DNA of 36,524 bases from assembly GCA_028286505.1 (NCBI GenBank), contig JAQBRK010000002.1:1-36524 (forward strand), given 5' to 3'. Source of the stretch: Parcubacteria group bacterium (lineage in GTDB: Bacteria > Patescibacteriota > Minisyncoccia > Phycocordibacterales > Phycocordibacteraceae). Positions within the stretch are counted from its first letter, which is position 1. Every line of letters starts with the position of its first letter. Positions 8,242 through 15,266 of this stretch are shown here, one piece after another. A program made the translations under genes and the position numbers. The notes under the pieces are model-generated. The model worked only from the letters and a program-made list of their open reading frames with translations. It had not been told where the DNA came from and searched no databases.

Positions 8242-8306
8242 CCAAGAAGGTTCCAACCCAGCACCAAAGGATATTGGTACTGGACAGGCATCGTCCTGGT
8301 AGCCAG
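8241..8306 (-). repeat. Island intergenic module copy 2 (truncated: distal arm with hairpin insert only)
   Basis: GCCAAGAAGGTTCCAACCCAGCACCAAAGGATATTGGTACTGGACAGGCATCGTCCTGGTAGCCAG. It starts at the stop codon of the deacetylase gene, and the promoter-like half is missing. Confidence 0.75.
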
Positions 8307-8325
8307 TAAGCTTTAGTATGCAAAA

Positions 8326-8347
8326 GCGCGGATGTTTCCATCCGCGC
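8326..8347 (-). terminator. Intrinsic terminator of the 8355-8780 gene
   Basis: GCGCGGATG-TTTC-CATCCGCGC followed by TTTTGC on the minus strand. Confidence 0.75.
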
Positions 8348-8354
8348 CTGCTCG

Positions 8355-8780
8355 CTACATCAGTGAAACTGTCAGATCGAGGTAAGGACCGAGGGCCATA
8401 CCATCGTGCCGATACCACTCGACCTTCATTGTTCGAACCGACTTCTTGCCCCAGGGCACTTCGACCTCAAGACGCACGGCCTCGCGATACTTCCATACCG
8501 CCTTGTGAATCTCAGTCAGAAGCCTGTCTTGGGCGTCCCACCTGAGCTGCATGAAGGTGAGTGCGAGTTCGGTGTGAGTGAAGGCCACGCCATTGGGTTT
8601 CGGCTCCTCAGTCTTCAAGCGCTCCTGCCACTCATCGAACTTCGGTCGTTTATGGATATTGTAGGTAAGACCCGGAAGTGTGCGGTGGAAGACATCGTTA
8701 ATATCTCCGAGCAGTCCAGGGAATTCCCTCAAAAGCTCGGCCAAGGTGCACTTGGCGATAGCTGCTGTCTCGATTCTCAT
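8355..8780 (-). CDS. Hypothetical protein (141 aa)
   Basis: The ATG at 8780 is preceded by GGAG with a 7-nt spacer (GGAGATTGAAAATG). It has its own canonical promoter at 8857-8885. No domain recognised. Confidence 0.6.
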   Translation of the reverse strand: MRIETAAIAKCTLAELLREFPGLLGDINDVFHRTLPGLTYNIHKRPKFDEWQERLKTEEPKPNGVAFTHTELALTFMQLRWDAQDRLLTEIHKAVWKYREAVRLEVEVPWGKKSVRTMKVEWYRHDGMALGPYLDLTVSLM

Positions 8781-8856
8781 TTTCAATCTCCGTTCCTGAC
8801 TCTTGCAGAGATACCCGGGGACTACGCCATCAGGAAGATCTTGGGCATCCGAAAGG

Positions 8857-8896
8857 ATTTAACATTAAATAATGTTATCTGTCAAAGACAGATAAC
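8857..8896 (-). promoter_or_regulatory. Canonical promoter overlapped by two perfect palindromes
   Basis: The minus strand reads TTGACA (8885-8880), a 17-bp spacer, then TTAAAT (8862-8857). The palindromes are TAACATTA-AA-TAATGTTA (8860-8877) and GTTATCTGTC-AAA-GACAGATAAC (8874-8896). Confidence 0.65.
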
Positions 8897-8986
8897 AGGG
8901 TCATTACGGTTACAACATGGTTCTATCAGCGTTCTCGTTACTTTTTAAGAGCTAATAGCATCCTAACCGTTCAGCGAAAAACAGAA

Positions 8987-9021
8987 AATCGCCTACGGGA
9001 GACGATTCTCCGTAGGCGATT
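8987..9021 (-). terminator. Long hairpin terminator overlapping the stop of the 8993-9262 gene
   Basis: AATCGCCTACGGGAGA-CGAT-TCTCCGTAGGCGATT forms a stem of about 15 bp with one bulge. TTCTGTTTTT follows on the minus strand. Confidence 0.7.
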
Positions 9022-9262
9022 TACTCTCGCCCCAACGCCTGAATTTTGCAGCATCGCTACCGAAGTAGACGATGTGGCGTTCTTTTCCGCATCCCGGACA
9101 TTGGTGAGCATCGGGCCCAAGCATCTTTTGTGGGTCATGCTCCCACACGCATCTATACTCAGGGCATCTGTGCTTATGCGTTCGGCGAGGGCGAAATGCA
9201 CCTGCGCCATACAGGGTGGCTACAAATGTTATGAGCACCGCAAGTGCGACAAAATACCACAT
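8993..9262 (-). CDS. Small membrane-anchored zinc-ribbon-like protein (89 aa)
   Basis: The ATG at 9262 is preceded by AGGAGG. N-terminal TM 'WYFVALAVLITFVATLYGAGAF'. Cys pairs CPEYRC and CPGCG. Confidence 0.55.
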   Translation of the reverse strand: MWYFVALAVLITFVATLYGAGAFRPRRTHKHRCPEYRCVWEHDPQKMLGPDAHQCPGCGKERHIVYFGSDAAKFRRWGESKSPTENRLP

Positions 9263-9274
9263 CGATATTCCTCC

Positions 9275-9320
9275 TGGACAGAACCTATCACAAGCTGCAG
9301 AAAGGTTCCAACCCGGCACC
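9275..9320 (-). repeat. Island intergenic module copy 3 (full core, distal arm broken inside the hairpin)
   Basis: The minus strand reads GGTGCCGGGTTGGAACCTTTCTGCAGCTTGTGATAGGTTCTGTCC. TTGGAA is at 9311-9306, followed by an 18-bp spacer and TG-A-TAGGTT (9287-9282). Confidence 0.8.
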
Positions 9321-9362
9321 GAGATCCAGCGAGTTTAAGGTAAAAGACGATATACTGGGGAA

Positions 9363-9800
9363 ATGGCGATCAAGAGATTGGACCACATCAGCGTCGTCGT
9401 TGACGACCTTATAACCGCTACCGATTTTTTCACCGCGCTCGGCATGACGCGCGAAGGCGAGGCGTCGGTCGAGGGCCCGTGGGTGGACCGCGTGAACGGA
9501 CTCGAAGGCGTTCAAGCCGATATCGTTATGATGCGGACCCCGGACGGGCACGGGCGGCTTGAGCTAACGAAGTTTCGCAATCCAAAACTGATCGAGATCG
9601 AGCCGGCGATCATACCGCCGAACGCGCTGGGCCTTCGAAGCGTCATGTTCACCGTCGACAACGTCAATGACGCCGTCGCGCGCATGGGCGCCTACGGCGC
9701 CGAACTTATCGGCGAAGTGGTTGAATACGAGAACCTGTACAGGCTGTGCTATGTGCGGGGTCCGGGAGGCATCATCGTATCGTTGGCCGAGGAACTCTAA
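9363..9800 (+). CDS. VOC/glyoxalase-bleomycin resistance family protein
   Basis: 'IKRLDHISVVVDDLITATDFFTALGM' is a typical VOC N-terminus. TATACT at 9351-9356 lies 6 nt before the ATG. Confidence 0.85.
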   Translation: MAIKRLDHISVVVDDLITATDFFTALGMTREGEASVEGPWVDRVNGLEGVQADIVMMRTPDGHGRLELTKFRNPKLIEIEPAIIPPNALGLRSVMFTVDNVNDAVARMGAYGAELIGEVVEYENLYRLCYVRGPGGIIVSLAEEL

Positions 9801-9858
9801 ATAACGGTTCCGGCGCGAGATGCGTCGATCCGAAAGCGCTCCGTAACAAACAAGCATA

Positions 9859-10263
9859 ATGTCAAAACAAGTCATCATAAATCTACCGGTCAAAGACCGC
9901 GAGATATCAAAGGAATTCTTTACTGCCATGGGGCTTTCACTTGATGCCGAACTTACCGACGAAAACGCCCTATGCTTCGTCGTACTTGAGAACGTTATCG
10001 TTGCGCTGTTGCCCGAACCTCATTTTAAAGAAGCATCCATGGGAGAAGTCGCCGATGCCGCGAAGGTAAATGAAATGCTTATCTCAATCGGGACCGATAG
10101 CAGGGAAGAAGTGAATTCATTGGTCGATAATGCCCTTAAAGCCGGGGGTTCGGAGCTGCACGAGCCTGCGGATATGGACACAATATATGGTCGAAGTTTC
10201 GCCGACCTCGACCACCACAAGTGGAACGTCTTTTATATGCGTGACAGTAAAACCGTAAGTTAG
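9859..10263 (+). CDS. VOC/glyoxalase-like family protein
   Basis: 'INLPVKDREISKEFFTAMGL' and the C-terminal 'YGRSFADLDHHKWNVFYM' are typical of small glyoxalase-fold proteins. Confidence 0.7.
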   Translation: MSKQVIINLPVKDREISKEFFTAMGLSLDAELTDENALCFVVLENVIVALLPEPHFKEASMGEVADAAKVNEMLISIGTDSREEVNSLVDNALKAGGSELHEPADMDTIYGRSFADLDHHKWNVFYMRDSKTVS

Positions 10264-10286
10264 TCGTACAAACTTTGGATAGGCGC

Positions 10287-10322
10287 TATATACAGGCTCC
10301 AACATCGTCCCAGACTGCAAGC
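10287..10322 (-). repeat. Island intergenic module copy 4 (degenerate core, short distal arm)
   Basis: TATATACAGGCTCCAACATCGTCCCAGACTGCAAGC. The distal arm is well conserved, but the promoter-like half is degenerate and abuts the VOC gene stop. Confidence 0.7.
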
Positions 10323-10343
10323 TTTCGGAATATACTTAATGCT

Positions 10344-10940
10344 ATGAAACCAGAGATAGAAGTTAAGTTCCTCGCCGTGGACCATGACGACATGAGAAAA
10401 AAACTTCAGAAGCTAGGTGCAAAATGTACCGCACCCATGCGTCTCATGAAGCGAGTAATACTTGATTTTCCCGACCGGCGACTCCAGAAAGGCGAGCATA
10501 ATTCCTTCGTGCGCGTTCGAGATGAGGGCGACAAGATTACGCTCACGTTCAAGCAATTCAAATCACGCACGGTCGATGGCGCTTACGAGACAGAGACAAT
10601 CGTGAAATCGTTTGACGATACCGTTAACATATTTACATCGATAGGCCTGGAAGTCGTCTCGTTCCAGGAATCAAAAAGGGAAACGTGGGCATATGGAGAT
10701 TATGAAATAGTACTCGATGAGTGGCCGTGGCTTGAGCCTTATATTGAGATAGAGGGTGAATCTGAGGACGGCCTTAGATCGATCGCCGTTGAACTTGGAT
10801 TACATTGGGTCGACGCGGTATTTGGCGGAGTCATGAGAGCCTACCGAGTCCAGTATCCCAATACGGAACCGCACGAAGCCATCGGAAACATGGCAGAAGT
10901 TCGGTTCGGCGCACCACCACCGGACTTCTTGCGAAGCTAA
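10344..10940 (+). CDS. CYTH-domain protein (CyaB/ThTPase-like)
   Basis: The N-terminal 'MKPEIEVKFL' carries the ExExK signature. TATACT at 10331-10336 lies 7 nt before the ATG at 10344, so the longer ORF from 10275 is rejected. Confidence 0.8.
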   Translation: MKPEIEVKFLAVDHDDMRKKLQKLGAKCTAPMRLMKRVILDFPDRRLQKGEHNSFVRVRDEGDKITLTFKQFKSRTVDGAYETETIVKSFDDTVNIFTSIGLEVVSFQESKRETWAYGDYEIVLDEWPWLEPYIEIEGESEDGLRSIAVELGLHWVDAVFGGVMRAYRVQYPNTEPHEAIGNMAEVRFGAPPPDFLRS

Positions 10941-10966
10941 TAACTAAGGCTACCTGTACCAAACAG

Positions 10967-11003
10967 AAGCACCCAGCGGATGGGTGCTTTCCGCTGGGTG
11001 CTT
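10967..11003. terminator. Bidirectional terminator with alternative pairings
   Basis: AAGCACCCAGCGG (10967-10979) pairs with CCGCTGGGTGCTT (10991-11003). The loop contains a second GGGTGCTT copy that can pair instead. It lies between convergent genes. Confidence 0.65.
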
Positions 11004-11012
11004 ACCCAAAGT

Positions 11013-11216
11013 CTAAATCCTGTTAGCGATGATCTGGGCGGCGAGTGAATAAGGCTGACCGGCCTCCCGGTTCTTCTCGGCCTGATCATGGGCCTCGCGC
11101 AAGCGATCATTGAGGTTTCCCAGCGTACCTACCAGATGCGTGCCGGACGCATTGATGAGCTTGCCTTGGGCGTCGTAGTAATGCCAAAGGATGACACAAT
11201 CGACTTCGTGGGACAT
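11013..11216 (-). CDS. Hypothetical small protein (67 aa)
   Basis: The ATG at 11216 is preceded by AAGGAG. The upstream part of the 99-aa ORF lies over the conserved non-coding module. Confidence 0.5.
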   Translation of the reverse strand: MSHEVDCVILWHYYDAQGKLINASGTHLVGTLGNLNDRLREAHDQAEKNREAGQPYSLAAQIIANRI

Positions 11217-11230
11217 GTCCCGACTCCTTC

Positions 11231-11310
11231 TGTCTAGACAGAACCTATCACGTGTTGCAGAAAGGTTCCAACCCGGCACCAAGGGATATTGGTGTTGGGC
11301 AGGCATAGTC
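11231..11310 (-). repeat. Island intergenic module copy 5 (full core, long distal arm with hairpin)
   Basis: The minus strand reads GGTGCCGGGTTGGAACCTTTCTGCAACACGTGATAGGTTCTGTCTAG. TTGGAA is at 11271-11266, followed by an 18-bp spacer and TG-A-TAGGTT (11247-11242). The hairpin is at 11272-11299. Confidence 0.8.
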
Positions 11311-11312
11311 AA

Positions 11313-11338
11313 GCAAAAGGACCTCCCGAAGGAGGCCC
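11313..11338 (-). terminator. Terminator of the Fis-type HTH gene
   Basis: The minus strand reads GGGGCCTCC-TTCG-GGAGGTCC followed by TTTTGC. The stem has one mismatch. Confidence 0.65.
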
Positions 11339-11371
11339 CATTCCATCGTCTTATTCCACAGAAAAGCCTAT

Positions 11372-11584
11372 TTACCCTTCGGGTGCCGGCCTCCTGAATT
11401 TCTTCTCGTTCATTTTGCGATAGAGCGTGCTTCTACCGATCTTAAGACCCCAGGCGGTCTCGCTCATGTTGCCCTGGCTCTTCGTTATGGCGAATTGGAT
11501 TATCTCGTACTCAAGGTCGTCCATGGAACGAAGTTCGCCGTGCGCATCAAGAAGCTGCAGCACGCCTTCTGGTGAATCCGACAT
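11372..11584 (-). CDS. Small Fis-type helix-turn-helix DNA-binding protein (70 aa)
   Basis: The C-terminal 'GNMSETAWGLKIGRSTLYRKMNE' matches the Fis/NtrC-type HTH. The ATG at 11584 lies 7 nt after GGAGG. Confidence 0.7.
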   Translation of the reverse strand: MSDSPEGVLQLLDAHGELRSMDDLEYEIIQFAITKSQGNMSETAWGLKIGRSTLYRKMNEKKFRRPAPEG

Positions 11585-11620
11585 ATGCAAGCCTCCAAGA
11601 TTGATTGTGTGCGTAACCCT

Positions 11621-11675
11621 GGAGAACGTACCACGTATTGTATAAAGGTCCCAACATCGTTCCAGTCAGTCAGCC
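11621..11675 (-). repeat. Island intergenic module copy 6 (full but diverged core, short distal arm)
   Basis: The minus strand reads GATGTTGGGACCTTTATACAATACGTGGTACGTTCTCC. TTGGGA is at 11654-11649, followed by an 18-bp spacer and TG-G-TACGTT (11630-11625). Confidence 0.75.
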
Positions 11676-11740
11676 ATTATTTATTTTCAGACGAGCATGT
11701 CCATGTGTATACTTTGAACATTAACTAATGAATTACTCGT

Positions 11741-12151
11741 ATGCCTAAATGGGACAGCCTCTTCGGTAAGAATCCAAAAAAGACTCCTGAGTCCGCGAAA
11801 TCTACACCCAAGGAGGAAGTTCGGTATGAGCAGCATGTAGCGGTGCGAGATTTTGTTGCTGATCCTGAGCTTGAAAAAATCATTAAAGATATCCGTGACG
11901 AGCAGGTGAGGGCATATGTGAATACTGTTGACGGCGACAGGTCGTTGGTTGAGCAAAACATACAAAAAGCTGACTCCATGCTTGAAGCTCACAAAGACGA
12001 GCTATTAACCTATCTTGAACCGTATCGTTCCTACACCGAGGAATATTTCGCAAAGAAGGATACGGATCGCGAAATCGATTTGCGCAATCATAGCCTTACT
12101 CACGAAGAGAATTCACGCTTCCTCGTCATGACTAGTCTTCTCCGGCCCTAG
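11741..12151 (+). CDS. Hypothetical protein (136 aa, charged/helical)
   Basis: ORF with coding-like composition. TATACT at 11708-11713 lies 27 nt upstream. No domain recognised. Confidence 0.5.
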   Translation: MPKWDSLFGKNPKKTPESAKSTPKEEVRYEQHVAVRDFVADPELEKIIKDIRDEQVRAYVNTVDGDRSLVEQNIQKADSMLEAHKDELLTYLEPYRSYTEEYFAKKDTDREIDLRNHSLTHEENSRFLVMTSLLRP

Positions 12152-12213
12152 GGAAAAACTGCATGGCGTAATTCTTCACGGATTGCCCGAAACCAATTTG
12201 ATATGATTGCCGC

Positions 12214-12828
12214 ATGAGGAAAATCATCACAACGACCTTCGTTACGCTCGACGGTGTTATGCAGGCGCCAGGAGGTCCGGAGGAAGACGCATCGGGCGGA
12301 TTCCCCTATGGCGGCTGGCAAATATCTTTTCCTTCGGGCGAGAAACTGGAATCTAAAATCGGCGAATTCATGAGTGCTCCGTTCGAGCTGCTTCTGGGGA
12401 AGAAAACCTACGATATCTTTGCTTCGTATTGGCCGAAGGCAACAACAGACCTTGAGGTGGCCAATCCCTTTAATACGACGAAGAAATACGTCGTCTCGCA
12501 TCACTCTTTCGAACCTGCATGGAGCAACTCGTTCTGTATTACGGGCGATGTCGTGATGCAACTGCAAAAATTGAAAGAAGAGGACGAACCGGACTTGTGG
12601 GTGTACGGCAGCGGGAACCTCATCCAGACCCTGCTTCAAAATGAGTTGATAGATAGAATGCATGTGTGGACGTATCCGATTACGCTCGGTACCGGGAAAA
12701 AGCTCTTCGCGGAGGGAACTCAAGCTGAAAACTTCAAACTTGTCGATTCGATAGTCTCCACAACTGGAGTAATTTTCGCCACGTACGAACTGGCCGGTCC
12801 GTTTACACCGGATTCGAAAACTTCCTAA
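12214..12828 (+). CDS. Dihydrofolate reductase-like (RibD C-terminal domain) family protein
   Basis: 'MRKIITTTFVTLDGVMQAPGGPEED...GGW' and 'LWVYGSGNLIQTLL' are typical of this family. Confidence 0.85.
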   Translation: MRKIITTTFVTLDGVMQAPGGPEEDASGGFPYGGWQISFPSGEKLESKIGEFMSAPFELLLGKKTYDIFASYWPKATTDLEVANPFNTTKKYVVSHHSFEPAWSNSFCITGDVVMQLQKLKEEDEPDLWVYGSGNLIQTLLQNELIDRMHVWTYPITLGTGKKLFAEGTQAENFKLVDSIVSTTGVIFATYELAGPFTPDSKTS

Positions 12829-12835
12829 AAACACT

Positions 12836-13060
12836 ATGCTGCATACGCTTCCTGCGGATTTTAGAAAGGCACTACATGCTGCTCCTGCGGCGAAAGCAAC
12901 CTGGGACGATATTACGCCGCTCGCGCGTAGCGAATGGATTTGCTGGGTTACGTCCGGAAAGAAAGCCGAAACGAGAGGCATCAGAATAAAAAAAGGCCTC
13001 TCGAAGCTCAAAGGGGGAATGCGCAGGCCCTGCTGCTGGGCTGGGTGCCCGCATCGCTAG
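12836..13060 (+). CDS. YdeI/OmpD-associated family protein
   Basis: 'ATWDDITPLARSEWICWVTSGKKAETRGIRIKK' matches the family's C-terminal signature, judged from memory. Confidence 0.65.
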   Translation: MLHTLPADFRKALHAAPAAKATWDDITPLARSEWICWVTSGKKAETRGIRIKKGLSKLKGGMRRPCCWAGCPHR

Positions 13061-13081
13061 GGCTAATGATAAGATAATCCT

Positions 13082-13480
13082 ATGAATATCATTGCTATCG
13101 TCGTTGCAGCTACCGTCGCATTCGTAAGTGCTTTTTTATGGAATGGTCCGTTATTCGGAAAAGTTGCTCTGAGACTGTCCAATCAGACAGAGCAACCAAA
13201 GCCCAAGGGTTCTCAGATACTTTTGAATTACGTCGTGTTCCTGGTAACCGCTACCGTTATGGCCGGCGTGTTTTGGATAGCATTCGCTTCACCGCTTATG
13301 GGGGATCGCACGTGGTTTCGCGGAATCATTATCGCCCTCTGGCTCTGTCTTGGCTTTATCGTTACCTCGACTTCAATCGAAGTAATTTGGAAGGGGCGTT
13401 CATGGAAACTTTGGGCATTCGAATGCGCATCGGCATTCGTGGCGTTCGCGCTTATGGGTGCGGTACTTGGCGCCCTGTAG
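13082..13480 (+). CDS. DUF1761-like integral membrane protein
   Basis: Four hydrophobic segments. The N-terminal 'AFLWNGPLFGK' is typical of DUF1761, judged from memory. Confidence 0.6.
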   Translation: MNIIAIVVAATVAFVSAFLWNGPLFGKVALRLSNQTEQPKPKGSQILLNYVVFLVTATVMAGVFWIAFASPLMGDRTWFRGIIIALWLCLGFIVTSTSIEVIWKGRSWKLWAFECASAFVAFALMGAVLGAL

Positions 13481-13507
13481 AATCACCGCGAAGCAGATAA
13501 CGCGTTC

Positions 13508-13852
13508 ATGATCGCCGCCATCCAGCTTTTCCTTATCGTGCTTTCGGGTCTTACTATTGCGCTAGCCGATACGATAATCAAGAAAATAAGCAGCGGCCGC
13601 ACGTTCGTCGATGCCTTCTTCAATCCTTGGATGCTGCTCGTTTATATTCTGTATTTTGTGCAGATACTTTTTGCCATATGGGTGTTCATGTATCAAAAAG
13701 AGCTCGGCATATATTCGAACATATTCATCGTTTTTTATTCGATACTCAGCATCGGCTTCGGCATCCTTATTTTTAGGGAACATCTTTCGCTACTTCAGTA
13801 CGCGGGCATCGGGCTCGCCCTCGTGGGAATTCTGATGATGAACAGCCACTAA
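13508..13852 (+). CDS. Small 4-TM DMT/SMR-like (EamA/ArnE-like) membrane protein
   Basis: 114 aa with four predicted TM helices. The size and topology match small DMT transporters. Confidence 0.55.
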   Translation: MIAAIQLFLIVLSGLTIALADTIIKKISSGRTFVDAFFNPWMLLVYILYFVQILFAIWVFMYQKELGIYSNIFIVFYSILSIGFGILIFREHLSLLQYAGIGLALVGILMMNSH

Positions 13853-13871
13853 CGTTGCGTTAGCTCTCGAT

Positions 13872-15266
13872 TTACTTAGTACGAAGCAAGAGCGCGCCGA
13901 GGGCTGCAGCTCCTGCGCACAGCGCTCCAGCAAGGAAGGCCCAGTGGTACCCGCTCGCAAGCGCGTTAATCTGAGTCGAACCGCTCGCGAGCAGGCTCGC
14001 GGTGCGATATGCCGCAAGGCTAGCGAGCACTGCAAGACCGAGCGCACCACCCATCATGAACGACGTGTTGACGATGCCCGAGGCAACTCCGGATTCTTCT
14101 TCAGAGGCGTCTTGCATCGCGGCAAGGAGCATCGGATTGAACGCAATACCGCCGCCGATACCTATCAGGAGCATTCCGGGAAGTACGTCGAGCAGGAAGT
14201 GACCGTCCACTGGAGCGCGCGCAAAGAGAAGCAGCGCCAGACAAGCTAGCGCTAGTCCGATTACGAGCGGCCGCTTAATGCCAAAACGGTTTACGAGATA
14301 CGCGGAAAGCTTGAATGAGAATATCGCCATGATGATGTTACCCGGGAGAAAAGCGAGACCGACTTGTAGCGGCGTGTAGCCGAGCACGGACTGGAGATAC
14401 AGCGCGGAGAGGAAGAACGAGGCGAACATCGCCGCGGCCCACAGAACGCCAAGTACGTTCGCCACAGCGAGATTGTGCAGCTTAAAGAGATGCAGTGGAA
14501 TGAGCGGGTCTTTCACTCTCGATTCGACTATAAGAAAGACTACGAGAAGAACTACTGCGAGAGCGAGCAGGCCAAGAGTCGCGACTGACGTCCACCCGGC
14601 TTCGTTGCCATTCACTATCGCGTAGACCGCAAGCATGAGTGACGCGGTAACGAGCAGCGCACCAGCAACATCAAGACGAACTGCCTCCGGCCGAACGTGC
14701 GCTTTGGGAAGCAGGCGTAAAGAGAAAAGGAACACGAGAATACCGATAGGGAGATTCACGAGGAATATCCAGTGCCAATTGAAGGTACCAGTAAGTATGC
14801 CGCCGAGGAGCACCCCGACGCTGCCTCCTCCCGCCGCAACAAATCCGAAATAACCCATCGCCTTCGCGCGCTCTTCGGGCTCGGTGAAGAGATTCATCAT
14901 GAGTGAGAGCGAGACAGCGGAAACGATAGCGCCGCCGATGCCTTGTAACGCTCGAGCGGCGATGAGCATCCCCTGCGACCACGCGAACCCGCAGGCGAGC
15001 GAAGAAAGAGTGAATACCGTCAGACCGATGAGAAAGAGGCGGCGATGGCCGTACAGGTCGCCGAGACGACCGCCAAGCAGTAAGAAGCCGCCGAAGGTCA
15101 GAACATACGCATTTACTACCCATGCGAGCGCCGAAGGCGAGAAACCGAGGCTGGTGCGAATGGACGGAAGTGCCACGTTCACGATGGTCGTGTCGAGCAC
15201 TATCATGAGCGTTCCGGCGCACAAAATAAGAAGCGCCCACCAGCGGGCGGATGACGATGTATTCAT
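13872..15266 (-). CDS. MFS transporter, DHA2 (EmrB/QacA-like, 14-TMS) family
   Basis: 'LDTTIVNVALPSI' and 'GGRLGDLYGHRRLF' (motif A), plus many TM segments. The ATG at 15266 lies 6 nt after GATAGT (minus strand, 15278-15273). Confidence 0.9.
   Translation of the reverse strand: MNTSSSARWWALLILCAGTLMIVLDTTIVNVALPSIRTSLGFSPSALAWVVNAYVLTFGGFLLLGGRLGDLYGHRRLFLIGLTVFTLSSLACGFAWSQGMLIAARALQGIGGAIVSAVSLSLMMNLFTEPEERAKAMGYFGFVAAGGGSVGVLLGGILTGTFNWHWIFLVNLPIGILVFLFSLRLLPKAHVRPEAVRLDVAGALLVTASLMLAVYAIVNGNEAGWTSVATLGLLALAVVLLVVFLIVESRVKDPLIPLHLFKLHNLAVANVLGVLWAAAMFASFFLSALYLQSVLGYTPLQVGLAFLPGNIIMAIFSFKLSAYLVNRFGIKRPLVIGLALACLALLLFARAPVDGHFLLDVLPGMLLIGIGGGIAFNPMLLAAMQDASEEESGVASGIVNTSFMMGGALGLAVLASLAAYRTASLLASGSTQINALASGYHWAFLAGALCAGAAALGALLLRTK

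Noticed and set aside
7466-11675. Interpretation of the island as a classical integron with attC sites.
   Set aside because: There is no IntI-type integrase and no attI in the window. The module lacks the R''-L''/L'-R' attC architecture. Genes are on both strands and carry their own promoters.
7466-11675. Reading the module core (GGAAC...CGTG) as an ECF-sigma promoter controlled by the sigma factor at 23769.
   Set aside because: The CGT element is only about 12 nt after GGAAC, whereas ECF promoters typically have about 16-17 nt. The CGT is also not conserved in copies 7466-7526 and 9275-9320.
12131-12146. Possible distal att copy (ACTAGTCTTCTCCGGC) that would close the tRNA-Gln-linked island.
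   Set aside because: Only 7 contiguous nt (CTAGTCT) match the 15-mer TCCCTAGTCTCCCAG. This is not distinguishable from chance.
12148-13011. 287-aa minus-strand ORF.
   Set aside because: It is antisense to the well-supported DHFR-like and YdeI-like genes. It has low-complexity, Cys/Arg/Phe-rich translation and no promoter or SD.
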